64,000 bases of DNA from Diplonema japonicum. Lineage: Eukaryota > Protista > Euglenozoa: Diplonemea. Position numbers and translations under genes: made by a program. Positions 1 through 10,964 of this stretch are shown here, one piece after another (positions within the stretch are counted from its first letter, which is position 1; each line of letters starts with the position of its first letter). The stretch lies in contig OZ025745.1 in assembly GCA_964019335.1 (NCBI GenBank), forward strand, positions 124,001 through 188,000. Reading direction: 5' to 3'. Under the pieces are notes generated by a model. The model had not been told where the DNA came from. It saw nothing but the letters and a program-made list of their open reading frames with translations, and made no database searches.

Positions 1-2024
1 TCCTCTTTTTTTTTCCGGGCTTTTTCGCGTTTGGCCACTTTTGCGTGCTCGGCAGCGGTTTTCCGGTCAGCTTCTTTATGTATTTTTTCCTTTTCTATGG
101 ACTCAAGCTGTGCAAGAACATCATCTAGCGTGCGTTGCTTTTGCAGCATGTCTTCTGCCTGGCTGAGGTACTTTTCCGTATCAGTTCGAACTCTTGCGAC
201 TTCTGCTTCTAAACGCTCTTTTTCTTGCGCGCGTTCAACTAAAAAGCTGTTTAGCATCTCCCGCTTTTCGGACAACGCGACCTCTGCTGTCTCTCTCCGT
301 TTTATTTCTTCCTCCAGCCTTTCGGATAGCCTGGCTATGTCTATCTTTACATCCTCCTGGAATTTTACGAAATCTTTTTCTTTCGTGACTTTTTTTTGAC
401 TGATATCGTGTAGCTCTTGTTCCTCCCTGCGCACTTTTTCGAGGAGCTCCTGTGATTTTTTCTCAGTGTCTTCCCGTTCCTGGAGAAGTCGGGCGTCATA
501 ACTGTCCATTTCCTCTTGAAGTTTCGTCCTTGCTTTTTGGTGGTGTGTGAGCTCGTGGTTTGCTTCTTGAAGCTTGCACCTTTGGTAATGCAGACGAATA
601 ACTTCCTTGTGGAGCTTGTTAGGGATCTCGTTCTCCTTGTGCTGTTTGTTTCGCTTCAACATCTTCTTCAACCTGGCGAGCGTGGCGTGGTCAACCTGGT
701 TCCCTTTGATAAGAATATTCTGCACAGTTCGATTCTTATCGAGAAGCGAACAGAACGCCTTCCCAGCTTCGTCCGAGATATGGTTCGATGTGAGCTTCAG
801 ATACTCAAGACTGGTGTTTGCAGCCAGCGAAACACCCAAAGCTATTGTGCCTTGATCGCTGAGACGAGTGGAGTCAAGTTCGAGAGTAACGAGGTATGAG
901 TTCGTTTCCAAAGTTGAAGCAAGTGCTACTACCCCTTCACAGCGAATCTTATTTCCCGAAAGAGACAGAAAGGTAACCGACACATTGCTCTCCAACTGTT
1001 GCGCCAGCGCCATGCACCCAAGCTCCGTGATGTGGTTACTACTCAAATTAACCGTTTGTAACGATGTGGAGTATTTCAATGCATTCGCCAAACATAGTAC
1101 AGCATCATCCGTCACACCTGTGTTGCGCATGTTGAGCAATGTGACGTGGGACTCGACATAGCACAGGGAGTTGAACAGAGGCGATGTGCCCCGCTCCCCA
1201 AGGCGTGGATTGTCGTGAAAATCTAGCCGTTGTAATGAAATCCGCTGCCGTTTCTCTGCTTTGTCTTGGAAGCACTTGGCGGCGGTCTCGGCGACGCTCG
1301 GTCCTAGATCGTTGCCTTGAAGGCACAGCTCTTGTATGCTGTTTTGCAACATTAGCTTTTGGATTAACTCCGTTGCGCTTTCACTGGCAAGATTCGTGCT
1401 TCCTAGACGAAGGGTTGTCAGTGAGTGGTGTCCATCGCACGCTGATGTGAGCATTTTAAAAGCTTCTTGATCGCCGCCGGATCCTAAAGGGTTGCGGCTC
1501 AAATCCAGAACCTTCAAACTTTTGTTTTTTCTAACCGCGTCTCCGAGTGCTTTACCAGATATCGGGCCGATTTTGTTCGCGTGGGTATCGCTGTCGGAGG
1601 AACCGAGAATGAGAACCTGGATTCGTTTGTGGGCTTGCAATGCCATGGAAAGATGAACCATGCCGAGGTGGCCTATGTCATTGCCTCCGAGGTTGAGGTG
1701 GGTTAGGTGTGCACTGTCTTTGATTAAGCTTCCCAACGATTCCACCCCGCTGTCTCGCAGGAAATTTTCGCATAGGTCTAACTTTTGTAGCGGGACCCTG
1801 AGGAGAGCCTGTGCAATGGCTATGGCTGTGTTGATGCCCAGGCGCATGGTGCGCATGGTGAACTCCTTCTCCGTCACGCCCTTGTCAAACACCTCGCGGA
1901 ACATCTTCGCCCTCTCCGTTGTCATAGTCTCCCGCGTGTCCTTCAGCCACGCCATGAACACCTGTGAAAACAGCTCCTCTGCGTCTTTGCCTTTTCCTAC
2001 TTTCTTCACCCGTACCCCACTCAT
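1..2024 (-). CDS. Leucine-rich repeat protein (RI-like/NLRC3-like LRRs) with C-terminal coiled coil; 3' end runs off the window
   Basis: Manual translation from ATG 2024: MSGVRVKKVGK...LQKLDLCENFLRDSGVESL...LTHLNLGGNDIG...LKVLDLSRNPLG (LxxLxLxxN repeats). Absent from the ORF track, consistent with no stop before the edge. Confidence 0.8.
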   Translation of the reverse strand, partial: MSGVRVKKVGKGKDAEELFSQVFMAWLKDTRETMTTERAKMFREVFDKGVTEKEFTMRTMRLGINTAIAIAQALLRVPLQKLDLCENFLRDSGVESLGSLIKDSAHLTHLNLGGNDIGHLGMVHLSMALQAHKRIQVLILGSSDSDTHANKIGPISGKALGDAVRKNKSLKVLDLSRNPLGSGGDQEAFKMLTSACDGHHSLTTLRLGSTNLASESATELIQKLMLQNSIQELCLQGNDLGPSVAETAAKCFQDKAEKRQRISLQRLDFHDNPRLGERGTSPLFNSLCYVESHVTLLNMRNTGVTDDAVLCLANALKYSTSLQTVNLSSNHITELGCMALAQQLESNVSVTFLSLSGNKIRCEGVVALASTLETNSYLVTLELDSTRLSDQGTIALGVSLAANTSLEYLKLTSNHISDEAGKAFCSLLDKNRTVQNILIKGNQVDHATLARLKKMLKRNKQHKENEIPNKLHKEVIRLHYQRCKLQEANHELTHHQKARTKLQEEMDSYDARLLQEREDTEKKSQELLEKVRREEQELHDISQKKVTKEKDFVKFQEDVKIDIARLSERLEEEIKRRETAEVALSEKREMLNSFLVERAQEKERLEAEVARVRTDTEKYLSQAEDMLQKQRTLDDVLAQLESIEKEKIHKEADRKTAAEHAKVAKREKARKKKE

Positions 2025-2031
2025 TTTCTGT

Positions 2032-2084
<53 letters not shown>

Positions 2085-2245
2085 CTCCTCTATTTTCATT
2101 TTAAAGGGGGCAAAGTATATAGTAATAAACTTTTTTTTTTTCAAAAATCAAAAAAATCAAAAAAAAAAAAAATACATCTATTATCAGCATTTAACAAAAG
2201 AAAAAAAAAATATCTAAACGGTGGAAGGGGGTGGGGGGGATTTCC

Positions 2246-4537
2246 TCACGCAAAAGGTCTGAGAACGGAGGGTTTCAAGTGGTTAGGGGCAGGGCTTGGG
2301 GCGAACGGGCGCCGTTCAGTCCTTGAGCGGACATCGGCTCTGGGGGGTTGGCGGTTCTGAGGGACCATGGAGGACTGCCAGGCCTCAAAGGCGTGGCGAT
2401 GTGCCTCTCCTTCTACCATAACACGCCCACGTCGGACATCTGACTCCAGCTTGGCAGCAAGGTCCTTGAGCACCATGTTCTCCTTTTCACAGGCACGAAG
2501 CCGCATGGCAGCCTCCTTGCCGTCCCTGTCAGCTTGTGTCAAGGCGTGCTTCAGGTGGTTCAGCTCGGCCATCATTCCCTCCTTAGCATTCCGGTGGCTC
2601 TTCTTCTTTGCATTCGAGATGCCAAGTTTCTTGTCCCTCTCTTCCGCGTCCTTCTCCATCTCCGCGATCGTGTCCTTCAGCTCTTGTATAGTCATGGACA
2701 TCTCGCTCACTGTCTTCACGTGCTCTGCTTGCAGGTCGTTCGTCTTGTTGACGTGGCGCTCACAAATTTCTTCCATCTCCTTTTTGTGCTTCGAGACCAA
2801 GCCCTGCAGCTCTTCCTTCTGCTTCTCAGTCATGTTCAACGCGATCTCGCTCATTTTCTGTCTCTCGTTCTGCGCCTCGTCCTTCATCAGCTTGCTCAGC
2901 CGTTCCACTTCTGCTTGGTACACCTCCCGCTCACTGTTGGTTTATTTTTTTTTTCTTTCCTGTTTTAGTCGTCATACTCAACTTGCCGCTGCAGCGAGAG
3001 GATTTGTTGCTCCGCTTCGAACTTTGCTTGCGTCAGCTCCCGGAGACGGGAATCCAGCTGCCCAGCATCGTTGAGCGCAGCTGTTATAAAATTATAATAA
3101 GAATAAGATGGACATACCGCACATCCCCGACGACTGTGCCTTGGCAGCCTCTAGCGATTCCTGTATAGTCCTTCGCGCTGCTCCCATGCATGAGTCTGCA
3201 GACTCCCGTGAGGCCTGAAAGGCTTCCATGGCAAACGTGACAGCGTCCCTCACACGCCCTGCAGAGAAGAACACCTCTAATATGTTGATAGCGTCTGTGG
3301 GCATTCCAGAGGCCTCCATGGTCCGTGATACTTCTTTTTTCAAGGTGGCGCGTTTCTCGATGTCACGGAGCCTGCGGTGTGCCATGGCCTCCTCTTGGCT
3401 TTGCAGGTCGCCCCATGGTTCCCTCCCGTTGTTGATGCTGCACTTCCAGTCTGTGATAACGGAGCAGAAGGTCTCAAGCGATGCAAGCGCACCGTTCAGC
3501 TTCGCGGAGGCCTCAATGATGTAGTCTTGTTGAACGTACTTCTCTTCCACTCGTGTGGAGTGAATGTCTGCTGTGAGTTTGTTCAGTTTCGCGTTCACAC
3601 GACCTAGCTCTTCCCCGTAGCCGTGAGACGGTCTCTGCATAGGTGTGGAGTCTCGTCCCTCCTCCTCCGGGTAGTACACATCCTCAGGTGGCTGCATGTT
3701 ACGCAGAGGGCTGAGCGGGTCGTTTATAGGCGGATACACGTACCCTCTGTCATCAGGGGGGTAGCCTTGTTCGTCGTGGTAGTGATCTTCTTCTTGATGG
3801 TACTGTTCCTCGTAGTAAGGGTGAGGGTGAGGGTGAGGGTCTTCTGTATGGTGTGACGTGTGTTGGATGTCGCTGAAGGTGATGTTTGACTCCTTCATGG
3901 TGATGACTTCTTGAAGCTGGGCTTGGAGTTGTTTGGCGTGTTCTTGGAGGGAGTCGCGGGATTTTACAATGGATTTGATGTATTCCTCGTTGAAGTCGGA
4001 AGAGGCGCGTAGTGCAGCGAGTTCTTCTTGCTGGTGGCTTCTCTCTGTTGCGAGATTCTCGTATTTTATCTGCCATTCGTCGGCGCGGTCTTCGGCTTCG
4101 TGTATTTTGAAGACTTTTTCTTCTTTGTCTTTCGAAAGCTTCTCGACGATGTTGGACAACGCCTCTCGTTCTTCCAATGATGTTTTCAGTTCTTCCGCGT
4201 GTTGTTCTGCCTCTGCAGTGCACTGGCGCTGGAGGTCCTCAGCACGTGATACCTTTTTCCGAAGGGCTTCTTTGCTGTCCACGTGTTCCATGAGCTTTGC
4301 CTTGTGTTGTTCCTGCATCGCGCTTATCAGTTCTCGAAGCCGTGTTGTTTCGCTGTTCAGCTCTCGGACATCCTGGGCCCTTAGGCGTACCTCGCTCATC
4401 AACTGTATCTTTTCCACGTTGGCCGCGTCCAGCTCCCTCTTCAGTGTTGTGTTTGAGATGCTTTCCTCGCACCCTGCACTGCCCGCCTCGAACCCTTTCA
4501 GGGACCCTGTTTGCAGGGCATCGGAGGGGGTGGGCAT
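2246..4537 (-). CDS. Coiled-coil protein, 3 exons (introns 3081-3117 and 2934-2977)
   Basis: ORFs 3092-4537 and 2246-2923 join in frame through two GTATG...ACAG introns (37 and 44 nt); E/K/Q/L heptad-rich. Confidence 0.8.
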
Positions 4538-4677
4538 TTTTTTTTTTTTTTAAAGGTAATGTGCACTGAAAAGAGATTGGAGGGAAGAGCGAGGGGTTGT
4601 CAAAAAAAAAAAGAAAAAAAAAAAAAGAAACACTTTTAAACTCGATAATTTATGTGCGAGACAAAAAAAAAAAAAAA

Positions 4678-5321
4678 TCATTTTTTTGCATCCAATGTGT
4701 TCTTTCCTGTCATGGCAATCATGAGTTTCCCAGCCTTGGAGGACACAGCTGAACCGGTGGCGTGGCGGCTGTGGGTTTTTTTTTTTCTTCTTTTTCTTTT
4801 TTTCCATACGCGGAGGCGTGGGGTCGTCGTTGCCTAAGTGACTCAACTATTTCAATGGCGCGGGCCTTCGAGAGAGTGCCCGACGTAGCGATGTATTCCT
4901 CCAGCTCTGCAATAATTGGGGACTTTTTCCGGAAGTCGCTCAATCTTTTGTTGAGCTCGTTCAGCTTGTCCTTCGTCTCCTGCTCTTGCTGTCTATGGGT
5001 GGCAAGTTGTTCACCCGATAAGGTAAGGCTCAGTCCATCTTTTTGATGAAACATCTGTTTTTTCGCTGCGGGGTGCACCCCAGGACCGGCGGATGGCGGG
5101 GGTGGCGGGGGCGGGGGCGGGGGTATCGCACCCCCTGCCATACCCCCATGCGGCCCCATCTTCATGCTCTTCAATCTCTTAGAGCCCCCCGGGATAATCT
5201 TGTCCATGATCCGCCTCTTTCTCTCTTCCCTCCACTCTGCTGCGGGCATGTTTCGGACCTTCTCCAAGTCGATGGTTGCCATCGTCACTGCCCCCTCATC
5301 GTCAAGCTCTGCATCATTCAT
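4678..5321 (-). CDS. Hypothetical protein with poly-Pro tract, 2 exons (intron 4769-4809)
   Basis: ORF 4719-5321; removing a 41-nt GTATGG...CACAG intron gives ...PHASARHATGSAVSSKAGKLMIAMTGKNTLDAKK*. Confidence 0.65.
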
Positions 5322-5382
5322 TTTTTTTTTTTGTTTCCCCCTTTTTTTTTTCTCTTTTTTTTTATTTTGGAACCATCTCGGA

Positions 5383-5413
<31 letters not shown>

Positions 5414-5575
5414 AAAATAAAGAGATGGCAACGGCACGGTGTAACTAAGAAACTGGGTAAAAAAAAAAAAAAGGGAAAAAAAAAGTTTGTATGAAATATA
5501 TACTGGCGCTCATCTCCCCCCTCCCTTTCCCCGAGACATATGAAAAAACAAAAAAACAAAAAAAACAAAAAAAAA

Positions 5576-5913
5576 TCAAACAGTTTTTTGTCGTTTTCTC
5601 CCCCGGTTAATATCCATGCAGCTTGCCAAACAGCACACCACAGGGCAGCACGCCACGCCAGCAAGACTTTCGAGGACGGTCACTGGGACACAGGCAAGGT
5701 GGACTGGAGGTTTTGGTTTATAAAAAAAAAAATACAAAAACACAAAAACACACCACATGAAGCAGCGCATATGCGTGTGCTCTTGCGCAACCCCCGGTTA
5801 ACTGAAAATCTTTCGTCGTCGGATTCTTCTTCTTGAGTGCTGTCCTCACCAGATTTTGGACGCACGATTTCGGGGAGGGTGTCCCATCCAAAGTTTGGTT
5901 TCGCTTCTGCCAT
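5576..5913 (-). CDS. Small Cys-rich, possibly membrane-associated protein, 2 exons (intron 5704-5753)
   Basis: MAEAKPNFGWDTLPE...ICAASC joined through a GTGTGT...CCAG intron to VHLACVPVTVLESLAGVACCPVVCCLASCMDINRGRKRQKTV*. Confidence 0.55.
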
Positions 5914-5928
5914 GTGTAAGCTCTTTAC

Positions 5929-5974
<46 letters not shown>

Positions 5975-6486
5975 CCTATCCCATCGGACTGTAATATTTT
6001 GAACAACCATCTAAAAAGAACAAAATATTTTTCTCCCTTGCACTCGCACTCACAGAGGCGTGAATAAAAAAAAAAGAGACATTTAAGGGTACCTGCGGTA
6101 TGTGGCAGGACGCCTGGAAAAAAAAAAAAAAAAAGAACCCAAAGTAAAAAAGACATTCCCCACTTTGAGGACAACCTCTTTGTGGTGTGGAAAAAAAAAA
6201 AAAAAAAAAAAAAAAAGAAGGAATCAAAAAAGTACACCGCAACAGCCTAATGGATCATTAACCCACCAAAAAGCAGGGGGTCTTTTTCAATATTTTTTTA
6301 TTTTTTTGACTCTATTTAACTCTCCTGTCGGGGGTCCTTTTTTTTTTCTCTTTTTTTTCTCCCTTCTTTTTTAAGGCTCCTGTATTGGGACCAATAAGCG
6401 CAACAGTACCGACACCATACAAGGCAAACAAATCATTTTTTTTTTTTGATTGAGAGAGCGTTCAACGGAAAGAAAATTCTCGCTCG

Positions 6487-6522
<36 letters not shown>

Positions 6523-6525
<3 letters not shown>

Positions 6526-6750
6526 CTATGATAGGAACAAAGTGGTTAGCAACGGCCCGCCGCGGTGGCGTGCCTACCTTATGATACTCCCCTTTTGGGG
6601 TCGTTCCCTGCTGCACCACCGTAGTGCCTAGCTGTCGTTTATATCTTCAATGGATCGTAGTGATCTCACGTTCTTGCATGACTGCGCCGGAAAAGCGCGT
6701 CTCCTCTTCTCCCTCATCCATGTCGCTTGCAGCGTATCCAGGATCCGCGC

Positions 6751-6752
<2 letters not shown>
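6523..6752 (-). mobile_element. 5'-truncated 3' end of a second, related LINE family (ORF2 C-terminus plus structured 3' UTR)
   Basis: Translates ARILDTLQATWMREKRRRAFPAQSCKNVRSLRSIEDINDS* (TAG 6628-6630), which aligns with VLRRVQDLYHADGRGVAFPAARVERVNSLRCIG near the end of ORF2 of the 17.6-24.2 kb element. Flanked by long T-runs on the minus strand; 3' 125 nt repeated at 55775-55899. Confidence 0.7.
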
Positions 6753-6812
<60 letters not shown>

Positions 6813-6816
6813 CAGC

Positions 6817-7767
6817 TTAGGTCTGCTTAAGCAGATCTCCAAAGTCAGCAACACCGTCAAAGGCGGAGTAGAGCCCGTCTCTGTACGCGGACTTCCACAG
6901 CTCAAGCTCCAAATCCCGGTTTTTCGACCGCGAGAACCAGTCATTGAAGAAAACCGCAGACGTGTTAGGGTCAAGCGGTGCAGTGTGACCTATATGCGTC
7001 ATGACCTCGTACACACCACAAGAGGATAAGCTGGGCGGGGAAAGGGTAGTGGATAACATTTCAGGTGACGGCGATAATAACATAGAAAGACCGGAGAAGC
7101 TAGCGGGGATAACAAACCCATGAGAGGCAAACACAGTCCGGAGAAGAACCGCTTCGCGAGACACCCTCGCGTGGAAGGGCGACCCCGACATTTGCTCCAC
7201 GAAATCGTTCTGCCGCAACAAAGTCTCAAACTCCTGCACGGGTATGTCCAATCCCTCAACCTCCCAGTCGATCGGGCATCGAATCGACCGCAAACCCAAA
7301 TCATACAAAAACCCAGGCAGATACTTAAGAATCTCTGGAGCAGTGTACACATGATTGTGACCATCGCAGTGAGTTACACGATGGCCGTTTCCCCATATAC
7401 CGCAGATAATGCTGTTTAGAAATTGTACTTGTAGGTTTAACTCAGATTCTACGTCGGCACGTGTTATCTCACCGGTGAACAGTTTTTCTCGGACGGCGAT
7501 TTTTCCCAGGAAGAACCCGTTTTCATCCACAAGGGAGCTGTTTAGGTCCCTTGCTAAGGAAGGGCCTTCAGTTATGTTGAGATGGACTCCGATTTGCGTC
7601 GGCTTGAGACCGTAGTCTTCTGCGCCTTTTCGAAGCATGTATTCTGTGCATTCTCCGTTCGGGAGGACTGAAATACTGTGAACAACGTTGGATTGCAATG
7701 CTTCCAAGATGCCCGTTGTGCGGTGGATGTTCACACCAAAATCGTCGGCTACTAAAAGGAGCTTCAT
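6817..7767 (-). CDS. YdjC/ChbG-family carbohydrate deacetylase
   Basis: Motifs ADDFG, GVHLNITEG, HCDGHNH, EVMTHIG; 316 aa, intronless. Confidence 0.85.
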   Translation of the reverse strand: MKLLLVADDFGVNIHRTTGILEALQSNVVHSISVLPNGECTEYMLRKGAEDYGLKPTQIGVHLNITEGPSLARDLNSSLVDENGFFLGKIAVREKLFTGEITRADVESELNLQVQFLNSIICGIWGNGHRVTHCDGHNHVYTAPEILKYLPGFLYDLGLRSIRCPIDWEVEGLDIPVQEFETLLRQNDFVEQMSGSPFHARVSREAVLLRTVFASHGFVIPASFSGLSMLLSPSPEMLSTTLSPPSLSSCGVYEVMTHIGHTAPLDPNTSAVFFNDWFSRSKNRDLELELWKSAYRDGLYSAFDGVADFGDLLKQT

Positions 7768-7834
7768 AGTTTACCCCCCCCCCCCCCCCCCTGGAGGTTT
7801 TTTTTTTTCAAAGTTTTTTTTTTTGAATGAAAAT

Positions 7835-10061
7835 TCAAGATTTCGCCTTTCCTTCCTTGTCCCACATCCCCCACCCTTTCTCAGAAGGGTATATTGTGTC
7901 CTTGACAGAGTCGTAGACTGACGGCACCTTCGCGAGTTCCTCATAGGTCATTGGTACTGGGGCCTCGCCTCGGAGCTGTCCCCTTCTTCGGAGTTCCATC
8001 TCGAAGGCGCTGGCCTTCATGTCGGTCATCATGGTGTCTAGCTCAGCTCGTCTTTGTTGCTGCTCGTGGTACCGCCTCGCGCCTATTTGTGCTGATATGT
8101 CGTAGAATCCTGTCTTGTTCATGAATAGTTCCATGCCTGCCCCCGCTACAAACCCCGCCCCCGCAAGGATGGCTAGCTGTGGTTTTTTTTTTTTTTTTTT
8201 CTTTTTTTTTTTTTTTTTCTTGTATAACCCCTAAAGGCCCGGAGCCTATCTACGGTACCCCCCCATTTTCGTTGTTGCTTTAAATACTCAAAAAAAAGGG
8301 CAGCATGCAACCATAGGAAGGTGCAAGGAAAGGGTAAACGGTACTAAAATTTTCAATTCCAGGTGCCAGATTCAGATGAGAACACTTAACTATGTGTGTA
8401 AGAGGGGGGTTGAGGGGGTACTTTTTATGTCCGACTTTGGGGGGTCTTGTCGTGGGGGGTCCGTGGAGTTATGGCTGGGGTAAATAGGGCAGCATTCAGC
8501 CCTATTTGGTGCCCTGAACTCTAGGATTGAGGTCAGTCTGGAGACTTTTTGGGGCTGTGGGATGAAAAAAGCAACTTGTGAGCTTTTTTTCCAGCTGGGG
8601 TAGCATGCAAGGGTAAAAAACACGTTTTGCATAAGGGGGTTTTGCAACAGGGACACCACGTTTGCACCTTCTTCCCGTACCCAGGAACAGCACAGAGCAC
8701 CCTCCTCACCTTCGTTCCGTTCATCATGGTCTCGGAGGTGTGATTTAGGGTCAAATCGAGACGTTTTGGGTATTTCTGAGTGAGGGAATCCTCATTGCTA
8801 GCGTGTTTGCGCTTGGGGGTCGGTTTTGGGGGCATGGGTGAGAAGCTTGCCAACAAGTTCTTCTTTGAAGCTCGGGAAGCCATAATTTTTGCCACATTCC
8901 CTGCTCTTCTTCCAGATTATGGAGGAGTTGGCAACACAGCTTTCCAGGACCCAATAAAAAACGACCATGGTCCACTTCCGGGTTTTCATATGCCGAACTC
9001 CAGTCCCCTGGAGCTGGTCTTGCCGGTCAGGGGTCGACAGCAAACCCTTAGGAGTCGACAGTACGCATGACTAGGTCCTGTGTTGTGGACTTCTTGCTGA
9101 AAATGTTGAAATTCGCCAGGTAACAGTTTTATGAGTCGCATGTAGCGATTACCTTGATGCCCACCGAGTTGCTTTTTCGTGGTGCCATGACTTTTATTGT
9201 TGTCGGGATAACACTGTCGTCAACAGACAACCACTTGCCAGGGGTCCGCACAGTCCTACACCGGTTGACAATGATGTCAAGAAACCTGCGCATGACTTAC
9301 TGATGTTTTCCAGGTTGTCAAAGGTGAGGTAGCGCTGTATGTCAACGAATCGGTTTGCTCATTTTCTCAAAAGCCGGGATGGCTAAAATAGAATCTGTTG
9401 TCCAGTAGCTCTTCATATTCGGTGCCGGGCGTAAACCCATTAACAGGACCAACCCAAGCCAAATTTTGTACTCTGGGATGGAAAGATTCAGATTCTGCTG
9501 TTTTTTTGAATCGAAACGACCGTTCGTGGAAGAAACTATGAGCTCAAGTACCGCGTGTGTAAAAAAAAAGATTAAAAACACCCTCCTCATTGGCCGCTTC
9601 ACCTAGAGGTGTCCAAAGCCCACCTTTTCACGGAAATGATATGTTTTGGGCCTTTGGGAGTATTTCTCCCACCCAAGCATCGTTTCCGGCCCCTCTTTGA
9701 CCGCCTCATCGTCTTTTTCTTCTTTTTCTGACCAGTCGGGCGAGACTCACGTTTTCGCTGCTATTTTGACCATCTGATTTCATTTTAAGCCAACCCTGCC
9801 GGTTTCAATTAAAACAAAACTTTTAACGCAAAATGTAGTTCCAAGACAAAATAAACCGCGCAACAATGCCATATTTTGAAGTCCAGGGGCCGTGTTCAAA
9901 AAAAAAGTACTTAGCGAAAAAAGCAAATTTTGAAATAAGGACAAAAACGTCCGCGCGGGCGTTTAGGGGATAAATATAAAAATAAATACCACGCTCTGCC
10001 GATCTCGCTTCGACATTGCTAATGCCACGCTGTGCTGACGTGCTCTTAATGCTCTAAACAT
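7835..10061 (-). CDS. Small (~137 aa) membrane protein, probably mitochondrial, UPF0640/SMIM4-like; its single intron (8177-9989) contains a piggyBac element
   Basis: Exon 1 9990-10061 MFRALRARQHSVALAMSKRDRQSV (Arg-rich, transit-like); GTATTT...CCACAG intron; exon 2 LAILAGAGFVAGAGMELFMNKTGFYD... in frame with ORF 7835-8134. Family call is from recalled motif only. Confidence 0.6.
8228..9969 (-). mobile_element. Non-autonomous piggyBac-family DNA transposon, copy 1 (1742 bp)
   Basis: TIRs CCCCTAAAGGCCCG / CGGGCGTTTAGGGG; ATAA duplicated on both sides; broken transposase (LGLVLLMGL...SYW, LSVDDS, DRQDQ...KTRKW, C-terminal CPCCKTPLCKTCFLPLH Cys-rich domain). Confidence 0.92.
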
Positions 10062-10375
10062 TTTTTTTTTTTTGTGCCTTTCCCCCCCCTTTTTTTTTTC
10101 CTTTTTTTTTTTTTTTTTACCACGGACACACAAAGGAAACGGCATGATATCTTTAAAGGCAAGGTGTGTACGCGGCCTGGAGGGAGGGCATGTGACAGAA
10201 CTGACGAAACGACGGGCAATCGAAGTACACCGGGTACAACTAGGCCAGGAGAATGCCCGTATTACTTCCCCCCCCCCCTTTTTTTGCACTTACAAGAAAC
10301 TGAGTGTTTAATGCAAAAAAAAAAAAGAGGGGGTATCGGGGGAGACAAAAGGGGGGAGGAAAAAAAAAAAAAAAA

Positions 10376-10896
10376 TAGCTATTTATTGCCAACAAATAAT
10401 GAGTCATTATTTAACTCGAGTTCTCGAATTTTTTTGCACTCGGGCCCTGCGGGCCCTCGTGCAAAAAAACGGTAACGAGTGTGTTAAATAATGGCTCATT
10501 TGGCGGCAAGTAAGTCGTTTTATTTCACTTTTCGTCATTTGAGTCACTCACTCTTCACTGCTTTCACTGCTGTTTTTTTTTTTTTCACGCAGGTCAGCTT
10601 TTTGGGGATTTTCCTAAGGTAATACAGGGTAGCTATTTCGCCGTGGCATTTAAAGGGGAAGTAAGGCACTTATTCCCACTGGAATGGCCTCAGATGGCCA
10701 AAAATAGTCAAAATACCCCCACCCCAAAAAAACTTTTCAAGGGGTTGGGTGCATTTTTTTCCACGGCGAGACTCATTTTTCCACTCTGAAGGGCCATTAT
10801 TTAACTGCAAAATCTCATTATTTAACTGTTAAATAATGGCGATTTCGCGTTAAATAATGAGGCCCCTAGTGAGTGAAGAAAATGACGAAGAGTGAA

Positions 10897-10902
<6 letters not shown>
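10376..10902. mobile_element. Palindrome-rich non-autonomous element (MITE- or Crypton-like)
   Basis: ~125-nt imperfect hairpin 10386-10509; 35-bp inverted repeat 10518-10552 / 10868-10902; six copies of CATTATTTAAC or its reverse complement. Confidence 0.55.
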
Positions 10903-10934
<32 letters not shown>

Positions 10935-10964
10935 AAATCCACTTTTAAAACCCACTCATCAATT

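Noticed and set aside
6155-6190. ~30-nt similarity with 56141-56170 (CCCACT.GAGGACA.CCTCTT.GTGGTGTG)
   Set aside because: Probably a repeat relic but too short to classify.
10195-10245. CTGACGA...GAAG hammerhead-like motif on the plus strand
   Set aside because: No GAAA, no stem II closing pair, no valid cleavage triplet.
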